This document shows, piece by piece, positions 9,817 to 19,768 of a stretch of 64,000 nucleotides of DNA. This DNA is from Candidatus Latescibacterota bacterium. GTDB taxonomy: Bacteria > Latescibacterota > UBA2968 > SICM01. The notes beneath the pieces were generated by a model. That model made no database searches and was not told where the DNA came from. It worked only from the letters and a program-made list of their open reading frames with translations. The stretch lies in assembly GCA_965217865.1 (NCBI GenBank), contig CBDCJO010000002.1, forward strand, positions 3,840,001 to 3,904,000. Reading direction: 5' to 3'. Each line of letters opens with the position of its first letter. Within the stretch, counting starts at the first letter, position 1. The position numbers and the translations under genes were made by a program.

Positions 9817-9979
9817 GTAAACTCTGTTAATCTTTTTTAGAGCCCCTAATATTGGAAGTCCACTAAGAGATATTGTGGATAAGTGTCCAATATTAATTGG
9901 GAATACAACAAAAACGGAAGAACCGCCTTAGGTCCCTCTCACGCTGACCGGGAGCGTTGAACTTTTATGTTCAATATCT

Positions 9980-11398
9980 TTGGCAAAGGAAAAACCGACA
10001 AAAAAGTTCCGGTCGGAAAAGTTCTGGATACCCTTTCGGAGTATAACCCCAGGACGGCCAACTGCAGTCTGGTCAAGACTGCAGGGTATGGATGTCAACG
10101 AAAGCTTCGGAAGGGCATTCCTGTTCAAGTTCGGAGAGGATCTATACAAAGACGACCAGTCGATCTACATCACCACGCCCGACGATATCAAAGCTGAATC
10201 CGGCTATCAGATCGACCGGGGGCATATCCTCAATCTCTGGTTCCTCCATAACCGGGTCCCTCACACGTTGAACTGTCAGGTATTGGGTCGGATTCGTTTC
10301 CCTAAAGAAGTCCAGCTGAACCTGGACCCACGGCTGCCCGCTGCTTTCAAGCTGAAGCCCGTGGGTTTGGTGCAGAAGAGCGACAAGCGATCGCATCTCA
10401 GGTTCAGCCACAAGGTGGGCCGAGGGGGAATGAAGGTCTATTCCCAGGTTTTGTTCGACCTATACCTCACCAAGACCAACTTCAAATATCCCTCTCACGG
10501 GGCCCTTCCGCCAAAGATCTCCGACCTGAAGGTGACGCCCTTTGCCACCGAGGACGGCCTTCCGACCGATCCGACTGAAGTTGTCAAGTTTACGAAAAAC
10601 TCCCTCCGTGGAAATCCCCGAGAGGATAGGGTCGTCTATGTCAACAAGCCTCACATGGAGGAAAGATCGAACAAGGTTTCTCTGATACCTCTGGGAAGTT
10701 CGTCCGTCCTGGGTTTGGATGCCGTTCGAGAAGGGGAGCGAACCCTTTTCATAAAGAAGCCCGCGAAGATGAGCGCGGACAAGAAGAGTCCGAATAATAT
10801 CGGGGACGGTGATCAGATCATCCTAGGCTATCACGCCAAGAGTCTTACCGATGGCCAAATGGAGTATTTCGACCTTGTCGGTGAGGTGGCCCGGCTTGGC
10901 ACCGAAAACATGACCGTTCGACCCTTGGAAACCTTTCGGCAGGAGAGCGGATTGCCCGTTGAGCTGGTGGATTTCAGCGTCACCGGAATCAAGATCGAGA
11001 GCAGCAAGAGGCTCCTTCGCTACCTGCTGGGGGAATATCTTGAGCTTCCATTCGAGGACAGGATGGACATCCTCAAAGACAATGCGATTCTCCTCAACTT
11101 CTATACGAAACTCCGCTTCAACCGGGAAACGGAGATCTACCGACCGGACGTCGGGATGAAGATCCCGATCGTCTCCAAGATCGTTCGGACGGAAGAGAGA
11201 CCCTCAGAGGAGGGAGGGGAACCAGAGATCAGGTCCATCGGGATCAAGTTCATATACGATCCCGCGGAGTACTCGCGCGATGCGTTCGATTTCGACCGCT
11301 GGGAACTTATCCGGGACTTCAAGGAGAACAAGGATTTCAGGGAGGTTCATAATTCCCTGAACGGCTTGATCGCCTACATGGAGGCACAAAGCCGATAA
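9980..11398 (+). CDS. Hypothetical protein with PilZ-type c-di-GMP-binding motifs (YcgR-like architecture with a large insertion)
   Basis: 472-aa ORF with RxxxR (DKRSHLR, R137/R141) and DxSxxG (DFSVTG, D331). Start codon (TTG) uncertain. Confidence 0.65.
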   Translation: MAKEKPTKKFRSEKFWIPFRSITPGRPTAVWSRLQGMDVNESFGRAFLFKFGEDLYKDDQSIYITTPDDIKAESGYQIDRGHILNLWFLHNRVPHTLNCQVLGRIRFPKEVQLNLDPRLPAAFKLKPVGLVQKSDKRSHLRFSHKVGRGGMKVYSQVLFDLYLTKTNFKYPSHGALPPKISDLKVTPFATEDGLPTDPTEVVKFTKNSLRGNPREDRVVYVNKPHMEERSNKVSLIPLGSSSVLGLDAVREGERTLFIKKPAKMSADKKSPNNIGDGDQIILGYHAKSLTDGQMEYFDLVGEVARLGTENMTVRPLETFRQESGLPVELVDFSVTGIKIESSKRLLRYLLGEYLELPFEDRMDILKDNAILLNFYTKLRFNRETEIYRPDVGMKIPIVSKIVRTEERPSEEGGEPEIRSIGIKFIYDPAEYSRDAFDFDRWELIRDFKENKDFREVHNSLNGLIAYMEAQSR

Positions 11399-11406
11399 GT
11401 CGGTAT

Positions 11407-11466
11407 AGAGTCGCGAGCCCAGAGTCCAGAGTCCAGATCGGGTCTTTCGTTCCGTGACTCTGGACT
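11407..11466. repeat. Degenerate 7-mer tandem repeat (AGAGTCC) with an inverted copy
   Basis: agagtcg cgagccc agagtcc agagtcc aga ... gactctggact. Confidence 0.6.
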
Positions 11467-11498
11467 TAAATATTGCCATACGCACAAGGAAAGGGACC

Positions 11499-12377
11499 AT
11501 GAAGCGACTCAAGATCGGCTTCCCATCCGGGAGCCTCCAGGAATCCACCCTCAAGCTGTTTGAGAAGGCGGGCTTCAGGATCACGGTAAATCCGAGGTCC
11601 TATGTCCCGGAGGTAGACGATCCTGAGGTCGAGGGCCTGTTTATCCGGGCACAGGAGATCGCCCATTATGTCGAGCGCCGGGTGCTGGACGTCGGACTCA
11701 CCGGAAAGGACTGGATTCTCGAGAACGGCGCAGATGTGGTTGAAATCGAGGAGATGCCCTACAGCAAGGTCTCCTCACATCCAGCTCGGTGGGTGATCGC
11801 AGTCCCCGAAGAGTCGGAAATCCGGAGGGTGGAAGACCTCGAGGGAAAGCGGATCGCCACGGAACTGGTCAAGGTCACCCGGCAATTTCTCGACGCCAAG
11901 GGGATCCAGGCGGAGGTGGAGTTCTCCTGGGGATCCACGGAGGCCAAGGTCCGCATCCCGGGGATCGTGGATGCTATCGTGGAATTGACGGAGACGGGCT
12001 CTTCCCTGCGTGCCAATAGATTGCGGGTCATCGAAACGGTTCTCGAATCGACGACCCGGTTTATCGCGAATCGGGAATCGTGGAAGGACCCCTGGAAAAA
12101 GGAGAAGACCGAGAACATCGTTCTTCTCCTCAAGGCGGCCCTTGAAGCAGAGCCCAAGGTGGGCTTGAAGATGAATGTCCCCCGCGATTGCTTGAATGCT
12201 GTCCTCTCGGAACTTCCCGCCCTGAATACCCCCACGGTCTCCAACCTCACAGACCAAGATTGGGTAGCCCTCGAGATCGTCACCGACGAGAAGGTGGTGC
12301 GGGACCTTATTCCGAAGCTCAAACGGGCGGGGGCGGAAGGGATTATCGAGTATCCCCTTAACAAGGTCGTGTATTAG
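11499..12377 (+). CDS. hisG: ATP phosphoribosyltransferase (long form)
   Basis: 'LKIGFPSGSL', 'IRAQEIA..VE...DVGLTG', 'SWGSTE', 'ELTETGSSLRAN', C-terminal ACT-like domain. Confidence 0.97.
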   Translation: MKRLKIGFPSGSLQESTLKLFEKAGFRITVNPRSYVPEVDDPEVEGLFIRAQEIAHYVERRVLDVGLTGKDWILENGADVVEIEEMPYSKVSSHPARWVIAVPEESEIRRVEDLEGKRIATELVKVTRQFLDAKGIQAEVEFSWGSTEAKVRIPGIVDAIVELTETGSSLRANRLRVIETVLESTTRFIANRESWKDPWKKEKTENIVLLLKAALEAEPKVGLKMNVPRDCLNAVLSELPALNTPTVSNLTDQDWVALEIVTDEKVVRDLIPKLKRAGAEGIIEYPLNKVVY

Positions 12378-12379
12378 CC

Positions 12380-13684
12380 GTGATCGAGATCATCTTCTAC
12401 GAACCCGAGGTCAAGAGCGATAAGCTGGATGCCATCCTCACCCGCAACAGCGATTTCGACCCGAAGATTGAGGCGACGGTCCTTGAGATCGTCTCCGAAG
12501 TCAGGCGTCGGGGCGATGAGGCCCTGCTCGAATTCACGGGGAAATTCGACGGTGTGTCTTTCCTCCCGGAGGAGCTTCGGGTTTCCGAGGCCGAAATAGA
12601 AGCCGCCTACGGGGCAGCCGATCCCGCTCTAATCGAGTCGCTTCAGGCGGCCGAAGCCAATATTCGACGATTCCACGGGGCTCAAAAGCGGACATCCTGG
12701 TTTTTAGAGGACGGGGATGGGGTGATACTTGGAAAGCGTGTTGTTCCCCTCCAGCGAGTCGGTCTCCTGGTGCCTGGAGGGAGTGCTCCCCTGATCTCGA
12801 CCCTCCTGATGGCCGCCATTCCCTCTCAGATCGCGGGCGTCCCTCAGATCTGTGTGGTCACGCCCCCCCGAACGGACGGTAGGGTTCACCCGGGTTTACT
12901 CGCAGCCGCCCGGATTCTGGGGGTCCTGGAGATCTACAAGGTATTCGGGGCGCAGGCCGTCGCCGCCCTTGCATACGGAACCGGAACGATTCCGAAGGTC
13001 GATAAGATCGTGGGTCCCGGGAACCTCTATGTGCAGATCGCAAAAAAACGGGTCTACGGGGATGTCGGCATCGACATGATCGCAGGACCCAGCGAAATTG
13101 TCGTCCTTGCGGATGGATCGGCCAATCCGCTGTGGGTGGCGGCGGATCTTTTATCTCAAGCCGAACACGGGAGCGGGTTCGAGGCCTCCATCTGCATCAC
13201 ACCTTCCGAGACCCTTGCGAATAGGGTGCAGGAGGAGGTCGTCCGTCAGATCGGCCGGCTTCCCCGGGTGGATACCATCACCCGTGCGATGGAGAATTTC
13301 GGGGCGATCGTAATCGTTCCGGACCTGGGATCCGGAATCGATCTGATCAACCGGATCGCGCCAGAGCACGTTGAACTCCAAGTCGCCCATCCCTGGGAGT
13401 GGATGGACCGGATCGAACACGCTGGCGCGGTTTTCCTGGGCTCGGCCTCTTCCGAACCTGTGGGGGACTATTTTGCCGGGACGAATCATATCCTTCCAAC
13501 AATGGGGGCGGCACGGTTCGCCTCGTCACTTGGGGTGGAGGATTTTCTGAAGACGATCAGCCTTGTTGCCTACACCCAGCAACGACTCGAAAAGACAAAG
13601 GACCAGATCCTACGCCTTGCTGAGGCGGAAGGCCTGGATGCCCACGCAGAGGCGATAAAAGCCCGGTTTCGTCCAGATGCATAG
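12380..13684 (+). CDS. hisD: Histidinol dehydrogenase
   Basis: 'DMIAGPSE', 'DLLSQAEH', 'APEHVEL', 'GDYFAGTNHILPT'. Confidence 0.97.
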   Translation: MIEIIFYEPEVKSDKLDAILTRNSDFDPKIEATVLEIVSEVRRRGDEALLEFTGKFDGVSFLPEELRVSEAEIEAAYGAADPALIESLQAAEANIRRFHGAQKRTSWFLEDGDGVILGKRVVPLQRVGLLVPGGSAPLISTLLMAAIPSQIAGVPQICVVTPPRTDGRVHPGLLAAARILGVLEIYKVFGAQAVAALAYGTGTIPKVDKIVGPGNLYVQIAKKRVYGDVGIDMIAGPSEIVVLADGSANPLWVAADLLSQAEHGSGFEASICITPSETLANRVQEEVVRQIGRLPRVDTITRAMENFGAIVIVPDLGSGIDLINRIAPEHVELQVAHPWEWMDRIEHAGAVFLGSASSEPVGDYFAGTNHILPTMGAARFASSLGVEDFLKTISLVAYTQQRLEKTKDQILRLAEAEGLDAHAEAIKARFRPDA

Positions 13685-13714
13685 CGATTGCCAAGGCGTA
13701 GCTGAGGGGGGTTG

Positions 13715-14788
13715 GTGAAAGATCCCTTAAAGAAGATCAAACCCGAGGTCCGCGCCCTTTCGGCCTATCACCTGACGCCTTCCGAATGCACCATCCAGCT
13801 AAACCGGAATGAAAATCCATACGATCTTCCCGAGAAGATCAAAGATGAGGTCCTGGAATTCGCGAAGGAGCGGGCGTGGTCCCGCTATCCCAATTTTGTT
13901 CCGGAAGATCTGATCGCATCATTCGCGGAACACTACGGATGGAAAAAGGAAGGCATTCTCGCCGGGAACGGGTCGAACGAGCTTATTCTGACCGCGTTGA
14001 TGGTCACCCTTGGGCCCGGGTCCCGCGTTGTCATACCGGTCCCGACTTTCACGCTTTACGCGCTTGAAAGCAAGGTGCTGGAAGCGGAGGTGGTATCGGT
14101 TGGTTTGAAGCCGGACTATACGTTCGACATCGACGCGATCTGTCGAGCCGCACAGGAGCAGAGCCCCGATGTGATCGTGCTCTGTTCCCCAAACAATCCC
14201 ACAGGGTGCATCGTTGATCCGGATGACCTGGCGAGGATTTTGGAGGAGACGGACGCCCTGGTCCTGGTGGATGAGGCGTACCAAGAATTTTGCGACGGGC
14301 GGTCCTGCATCGGCCTGCTGGACAAATATCCGAACCTGATCGTTCTCCGTACTTTTGCAAAGGCGATGGCGATGGCCGGCCTTCGGGTCGGTTGCCTTCT
14401 TTCAAACACCGATCTCGTCCGGGAGATCGGCAAGGCCAAACTTCCCTACAACCTCAATTTCTTTTCACACGCGGCCGCCCTTGCCGCGATCAAGCACCGC
14501 AAAGTCCTGTTTGAGCGGATCGATCACCTGAAAGGACAAAGGGAATTCGTTTACCGAAACCTGGGGGAGATACCGGGGGTCGTTCCCTATCCCTCGCACG
14601 GCAATTTCATCATGTTCGAGGTAAAAGAGCCGGGGCTGGTATTCGAAGGCCTGTTGAAGCAAGGCATTCTGATCCGCGACGTGAGCCGATATCCGATGCT
14701 GGCGAACGCCCTCCGGGTGACCATCGGAACCGATGAGGAAAACCTTAAATTCCTTGAGGCGCTGGAATGCGTGGTTCGTGAATCGTAA
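13715..14788 (+). CDS. hisC: Histidinol-phosphate aminotransferase
   Basis: 'NENPY', 'GNGSNE', 'SPNNPTG', 'VDEAYQEF', 'RTFAKAMAMAGLRVG'; lies in the his operon. Confidence 0.95.
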   Translation: MKDPLKKIKPEVRALSAYHLTPSECTIQLNRNENPYDLPEKIKDEVLEFAKERAWSRYPNFVPEDLIASFAEHYGWKKEGILAGNGSNELILTALMVTLGPGSRVVIPVPTFTLYALESKVLEAEVVSVGLKPDYTFDIDAICRAAQEQSPDVIVLCSPNNPTGCIVDPDDLARILEETDALVLVDEAYQEFCDGRSCIGLLDKYPNLIVLRTFAKAMAMAGLRVGCLLSNTDLVREIGKAKLPYNLNFFSHAAALAAIKHRKVLFERIDHLKGQREFVYRNLGEIPGVVPYPSHGNFIMFEVKEPGLVFEGLLKQGILIRDVSRYPMLANALRVTIGTDEENLKFLEALECVVRES

Positions 14789-14877
14789 ATCAAGCCGCGA
14801 GCCACGGGTCGAAAATCAAAGGTTTTAAATTCCGAACGACGAACAACGAAATTCACTTCAACGGACTTTCACGATTT

Positions 14878-15468
14878 ATGAAAAAACGTTCTGCGACCAT
14901 TCAACGCAAGACCACCGAGACCGACATATCCCTGTCGTTGACCCTCGAAGGGAGCGGGACCCAACAGGTTGATACGGGAATCGGGTTTTTCGACCACATG
15001 CTCTCGGCGTTTGCAAAGCACGGCCTGTTCGATCTGGAAGTGACTTGCCGGGGGGATCTTCAGGTGGATGCCCATCATACCGTCGAGGACGTGGGGATCT
15101 GTCTGGGGAAGGCCCTGTCCGAGTCGCTCGGTGACCGGGCAGGTGTCACGAGATTCGGGACCAGCTATATCCCGATGGATGAGGCCCTTGGCCGGGCGGC
15201 CGTCGATCTGTCCGGGAGGGTTTATTTTGTGTACAGCGCTTTTTTCGTAGAAGATCGGATCGGGGATTTTCCGACGGGACTGGCAGAGGAATTTTTCCGA
15301 TCCGTCGCCAGTCACGCTCTGGCCACCGTACATCTGGACTTGATCCGATGTACGAACGCACACCACGGCATAGAAGCCCTGTTCAAGGCCTTCGGCCGGT
15401 CTCTGGGCCAGGCATGTCGGATTGATTCGCTCATCCAGGGTCCTCTTTCAACCAAGGGGGTTCTGTGA
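14878..15468 (+). CDS. hisB: Imidazoleglycerol-phosphate dehydratase
   Basis: 'RKTTETDI', 'TGIGFFDHML', 'HHTVEDVGI', 'NAHHGIEALFKA', 'STKGVL'. Confidence 0.97.
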   Translation: MKKRSATIQRKTTETDISLSLTLEGSGTQQVDTGIGFFDHMLSAFAKHGLFDLEVTCRGDLQVDAHHTVEDVGICLGKALSESLGDRAGVTRFGTSYIPMDEALGRAAVDLSGRVYFVYSAFFVEDRIGDFPTGLAEEFFRSVASHALATVHLDLIRCTNAHHGIEALFKAFGRSLGQACRIDSLIQGPLSTKGVL

Positions 15469-15485
15469 CGATATGAAAGACCGGG

Positions 15486-16748
15486 ATGCGTTCAGGGGTA
15501 AGCAATCAAACCACTGATTCCACGGGCCTGGTAAAATACGGGACGCTTTTGTTCGCGGCCTCAATGGTGACCAACCTCTCGAACTACGCGTTCCGTATTT
15601 TTATGTCCCACAAGCTGAGCGACGTGGATTACAGCGCTCTGGATGCGTTGCTCTCCATCTTTATGATCATCTCCGTCCCGGCGATGTCGATCCAGATGGC
15701 CACGGCTGAATATGCCTCCAGCCTCGGCGGGGAAGGTCGACACGCGGAGATCGCAGACCTGTTTGTCCGGTCCCTCAGACGGGTCGGCGCCGCCTGCGTC
15801 GGAGGTTTTCTCGTATTTCTGTTGGTTTCAGACTTCGTCGCAGACTACCTGCACATCGTCCGCAAAACCCCTGTGGTTCTCCTGGGGGTGGCCCTTTTTT
15901 CAGCTCTGATGCTCCCGGCGGCAAACGGGATTCTACAGGGGCTACAGCGCTTCGGTCCTCTTGGGCTAATCGGCATCGCCGGGGGCGCGGCAAGGCTCTC
16001 GGCAGGCATCATATTCATCTTTCTCGGCCTGGGCATTAACGGGGCGGTGGGGGCATCCGTGATCTCCTCGATCGCTACGCTCCTGGTCGCGTATTTTCTG
16101 CTCAAGTCCATCCTGGTAAAGGCCGGTGAGCGGCGGGCGGATTCCTCCGGGGTGTATCGTTATTTCGTGCCCATCTTTCTGTTTCTGAGTTGTCAGTCCC
16201 TCCTTTCTTTCGTGGACAGTATCGTCGCCAAGCACTATCTCGATCCCGCACAGGCAGGCGTCTATTTCCGGGCTGCTATCGTGGGCAAGGCTTTCCTCTA
16301 TCTGCCGACGGCGATGGCGATGGTCCTCTTCCCCAAGGCCGCCACGCTGTATAGCCTGAAGGAGAGCTCGTTCAAGCTTCTGGGACAGGCGATGGGCTGC
16401 AGTGTGGCCTTTGCCCTGTCCGGAGCCGTGGTCTGCTATTTTTTCGCCGATCCATTGGCCTACGCCGTGGGTGGGACATCTGAATCGGGTGTGCTGATTC
16501 GATACTTTGGACTGTGTGTGACCCCCATCGCTTTACTTCAGCTCCTGATCAGCCACGACCTGGCCGTCCGAAGGGTCCAAACGCTCTATCCGCTGGGCGT
16601 CGGGACGGTTGTCTTCGTCTTGGTCCTGTTCAACTTAAACGAAACCCCAGGCCAGATTCTTACGGCAATGAGTGTGGCGGGCTCCGGTCTTTGTGCCCTT
16701 TGCCTCGGTTGGTCCTGGTTCGTGGAGAGGCGGGCAACGCATGCCTGA
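15486..16748 (+). CDS. Oligosaccharide flippase (Wzx/MOP family)
   Basis: About 12 hydrophobic helices, 'GILQGLQRF', 'AGVY..AAIVGKAFLYLP..MAMVLFPK'; first gene of the glycosylation cluster. Confidence 0.85.
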   Translation: MRSGVSNQTTDSTGLVKYGTLLFAASMVTNLSNYAFRIFMSHKLSDVDYSALDALLSIFMIISVPAMSIQMATAEYASSLGGEGRHAEIADLFVRSLRRVGAACVGGFLVFLLVSDFVADYLHIVRKTPVVLLGVALFSALMLPAANGILQGLQRFGPLGLIGIAGGAARLSAGIIFIFLGLGINGAVGASVISSIATLLVAYFLLKSILVKAGERRADSSGVYRYFVPIFLFLSCQSLLSFVDSIVAKHYLDPAQAGVYFRAAIVGKAFLYLPTAMAMVLFPKAATLYSLKESSFKLLGQAMGCSVAFALSGAVVCYFFADPLAYAVGGTSESGVLIRYFGLCVTPIALLQLLISHDLAVRRVQTLYPLGVGTVVFVLVLFNLNETPGQILTAMSVAGSGLCALCLGWSWFVERRATHA

Positions 16749-18465
16749 GGTGAAACTCTCGGTCCTGATGCCGGCCTTTGAAGAGGGCCGACACATCTAC
16801 CGGAATCTGGCCGAAACCCGCCGGGTACTGCAGCAACTCGGTCAACCTTTCGAGATCATTGTGATAGACGACTGCAGTTCGGACAATACCGCGGCAGAAG
16901 TGGAGCGTGCCGCGGTTGATTTCAAGGAAGTGCGGATGCGGCGCAACGAGGAGAACCGGGGGAAAGGGTGGTCCCTCAAGTCCGGATTCAAGACCGTAAC
17001 GGGCGACCTGGTGGCCTTCGTCGACGCCGATCTGGATATTCATCCCGATCAGCTGAAATTTTATCTCCGCAGGATGGAGGAAAAAAACGCGGATGTCGTC
17101 ATCGGTTCAAAGCGGCATCCGGAGTCCGTGTTGGATTACCCTTTTCGACGCAAAGTGATCAGCACGATATACTTCGGTCTCGTAAAGGCCCTTTTCGGAT
17201 TGCCGGTCCAGGATACCCAAACGGGCTTAAAGCTCTTTCGCCGGGAGGTGTTGGAGCGGACCTTCCATCGCATGCTTGTCAAACGGTGGGCTTATGATCT
17301 GGAACTACTCGTCATCGCGCATCGCCTCGGCTACAAGATCGTGGACGCCCCGGTGAAGATTGATTTCAAGCGCCGTTTCGGCAGAATGAAGATCGAGGAT
17401 CTTTACTACACCGGGATCGATACGCTCGGGGTCTTCTACCGGCTTCACCTCCTCAGATTCTATGATCAGGACTTCGAGCGCACAAAGGCCAGGCCGAAGG
17501 TGTCCGTGCTCGTCCCCTCCAAAGAGCAGGAACCCAATTCGACCGAGCTCCTTGAGGGCTGCCTGAGATTCGATTACCCGGACTATGAGATCATCGCGCT
17601 GTCCGACGGGCCTTCCACCCGGTTCCCCCCCGGCATAAAGGTTTTGGAAACCGGGAAGGTCAGCACGGCGGTCAAAAAGAACATCGGAGCGCGCAACGCC
17701 GGGGGTAGGCTTCTCGCCTTTGTGGAGCCCGGGAACCTTGCCTCCCCTGACTGGCTAACCGACGTGGCGAGCAACTTCGTGTCCCCCGATGTGGCTGCGG
17801 TGGTCGGCCCTGAGCTGATAGGCGACCGCACAGGCCGGCTGGAGCGGATTCTGGGAGACCTCCGCACTTCATTCCTCGTGAGCGGGCCGGCGAAGCACCT
17901 CTATAGCCCGGGCCGGCATCGGGACATCCGGTTTTATTCAGGGAATGCCTTGGTGGTAAGGTCGGATTCCTGGAGCGAGGTGGGTGGATTCCCTGAGGGG
18001 CTTCCGGAAGGATGGGAAAACGCGGCCTTCACCGCCCGGCTAGCTGAATGCACGGGGAGACGGATCCTGTATGATCCCGATGCTGCCACCTGCGTCTTCC
18101 GGGGGGGCCGGTTCAAGGATCTGCTGGGGCGCGCCGGAGATCAGACTCTCACAAGGGCGTGGGTCTCAACGAGGCTCCCTGCCTGGCCGGATGCGATCTT
18201 TGCGGGCTGCCTGATGCTTTCTTGGCTTGCCCTTCTGGGCGGATGGGTGCCTGCGCTGTGGTCCTCCACGGCCATCAGGGCGTATGCTTGGCTTTGGGCG
18301 GTCTACGGGTGTCTTCTCATCTGCTCGGCCGCGCTACGCCTCAGTCTTCGAAATCTGCCGGTTCTGGTTCTGGGCACGGTCCTGGTTCACTTTGCCCAGG
18401 GCCTGGCGCTGTGGCGCGGGTTTTTTCGCGGGTATGGGAGGAGGGGAAGAGCTGTGAGGGACTGA
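16741..18465 (+). CDS. Two-domain GT2 glycosyltransferase (DPM-synthase-like N-domain, second GT2-like domain, TM tail)
   Basis: 'SVLMPAFEE', 'IDDCSSD', 'NRGKG', 'VDAD', 'DTQTGLKLF'; second 'KVSVLVP...KNIGARNAGG' domain. ATG overlaps the flippase end. Confidence 0.9.
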   Translation: MPEVKLSVLMPAFEEGRHIYRNLAETRRVLQQLGQPFEIIVIDDCSSDNTAAEVERAAVDFKEVRMRRNEENRGKGWSLKSGFKTVTGDLVAFVDADLDIHPDQLKFYLRRMEEKNADVVIGSKRHPESVLDYPFRRKVISTIYFGLVKALFGLPVQDTQTGLKLFRREVLERTFHRMLVKRWAYDLELLVIAHRLGYKIVDAPVKIDFKRRFGRMKIEDLYYTGIDTLGVFYRLHLLRFYDQDFERTKARPKVSVLVPSKEQEPNSTELLEGCLRFDYPDYEIIALSDGPSTRFPPGIKVLETGKVSTAVKKNIGARNAGGRLLAFVEPGNLASPDWLTDVASNFVSPDVAAVVGPELIGDRTGRLERILGDLRTSFLVSGPAKHLYSPGRHRDIRFYSGNALVVRSDSWSEVGGFPEGLPEGWENAAFTARLAECTGRRILYDPDAATCVFRGGRFKDLLGRAGDQTLTRAWVSTRLPAWPDAIFAGCLMLSWLALLGGWVPALWSSTAIRAYAWLWAVYGCLLICSAALRLSLRNLPVLVLGTVLVHFAQGLALWRGFFRGYGRRGRAVRD

Positions 18466-18628
18466 AGACGAGTCCGGGGAAGGGTCTAAGTTGGCACAGG
18501 AAAGTTTTCTGACATTGGGGAAGTACAAATTGAAAGTTGAAGATTGCAGATTGGCTCAACCTCACCCCAAGCAGCTTCCCTGTGCGGATAGGAGATTCTG
18601 ATTCAGGTGACCGGTCAAGAGGCGTTTC

Positions 18629-19720
18629 TTAGATCAGGTTGTTGCGCCGAATGGTCTCGACGATGATGGCAGACGGAGAGAGCTCCTGTGCCCTGGGGCC
18701 CCTCTGAAGTTGATCGTGATTCTCGACCCATCTTCGCAAATGCTCCACCTGGAAACCTGTCAGACGGCAGTTTTCGCCGAGTCCCTCTTTTCTCTCGGTG
18801 ACCGCCCTGTGAATGATGCATGGCTTTCCCAGATAGTAACATTCTTCCTGGTTCCCGCCGCTGTCCGTCACGATGAAGGCGCTCTTCCGCAGTAGGCCGA
18901 TGAAGGTGAAGAAATCCAGCCGCGGGATGCGCGTAATGGCTCCTCGCGCGAACGCGGTTTGAAGCCCGTATTGGTCCACTTTGGCGACGGTAACGGGATG
19001 ATCGATGAAGACCAGCGGCATGGTGCGCCGAGCCAGGTGGGCCAGGACGTCCAGGACCGCCTCCAGATGGTCCCGGTCGTTAATGAGCTCGAAGCGGTGC
19101 AGGGATACCAGGCCGAAGCGGTCCGGGATCTCAAAGTCGAAGGGGAAATAGTCCATCTCCGGCGCAGAGGAGAGGCTGTCCATCAGGGTGTTGGACCGCG
19201 TGTCGATGACTCTGCCCCGCTTGCCTCTCAGGTTCTGGCAGGCCCATTTCCCCGGAGCGAAGTGGTAGCGGGCAAGCTTTGAGGTCAACAGCCGGTCCAG
19301 CTCCTCGGGGAAGGGATTGAAGACGTTGTAGCTCCTGAGGCCGGCCTCGATATGCCCCACCGGGACGCCCAGAATTCTACCCATAAGCGCTCCCAGGACA
19401 GTGGTGAATGTGTCTCCGTGAACCAGGACAAGGGATACTCTCAGGCTTTGTAGCCAGGCGTATCGCCACGTATAGTTGAGCAACACCCTTGTGATCCAGG
19501 GGAGGACGTCCTTGTTTTTCTCCAGATCTCTCCCGTGGACCCCTCTTGCCAACCACAGGTCCGGCGAGGGAAGGCCGAACTTGCTTATCAGGCCCCCCAG
19601 TTGCGTCGCCTGCTGTCCTGTGCAGAGGAAGCGATACGGCAGCCTTTTCTCCGTGAAGGCCTTCATGACGGGAGCGACTTTGATCAGCTCACCGGTCGTC
19701 CCCAGGATGAACAGGACCAT
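18629..19720 (-). CDS. wecB: UDP-N-acetylglucosamine 2-epimerase (non-hydrolysing family)
   Basis: 'GTTGELIKVAP', 'TGQQ', 'VHGDT', 'HIEAGLRS...PFPEE', 'TDSGGNQEE'. Confidence 0.88.
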   Translation of the reverse strand: MVLFILGTTGELIKVAPVMKAFTEKRLPYRFLCTGQQATQLGGLISKFGLPSPDLWLARGVHGRDLEKNKDVLPWITRVLLNYTWRYAWLQSLRVSLVLVHGDTFTTVLGALMGRILGVPVGHIEAGLRSYNVFNPFPEELDRLLTSKLARYHFAPGKWACQNLRGKRGRVIDTRSNTLMDSLSSAPEMDYFPFDFEIPDRFGLVSLHRFELINDRDHLEAVLDVLAHLARRTMPLVFIDHPVTVAKVDQYGLQTAFARGAITRIPRLDFFTFIGLLRKSAFIVTDSGGNQEECYYLGKPCIIHRAVTERKEGLGENCRLTGFQVEHLRRWVENHDQLQRGPRAQELSPSAIIVETIRRNNLI

Positions 19721-19768
19721 TCAAGTCATTCCTTTTCTGGAGCCATCGAAGGCATTTCCCCCAAGGGG

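Noticed and set aside
9240-9980. AT-rich region with a DnaA box as a possible oriC
   Set aside because: Only one perfect box, no box cluster, and no dnaA/dnaN/gidA nearby.
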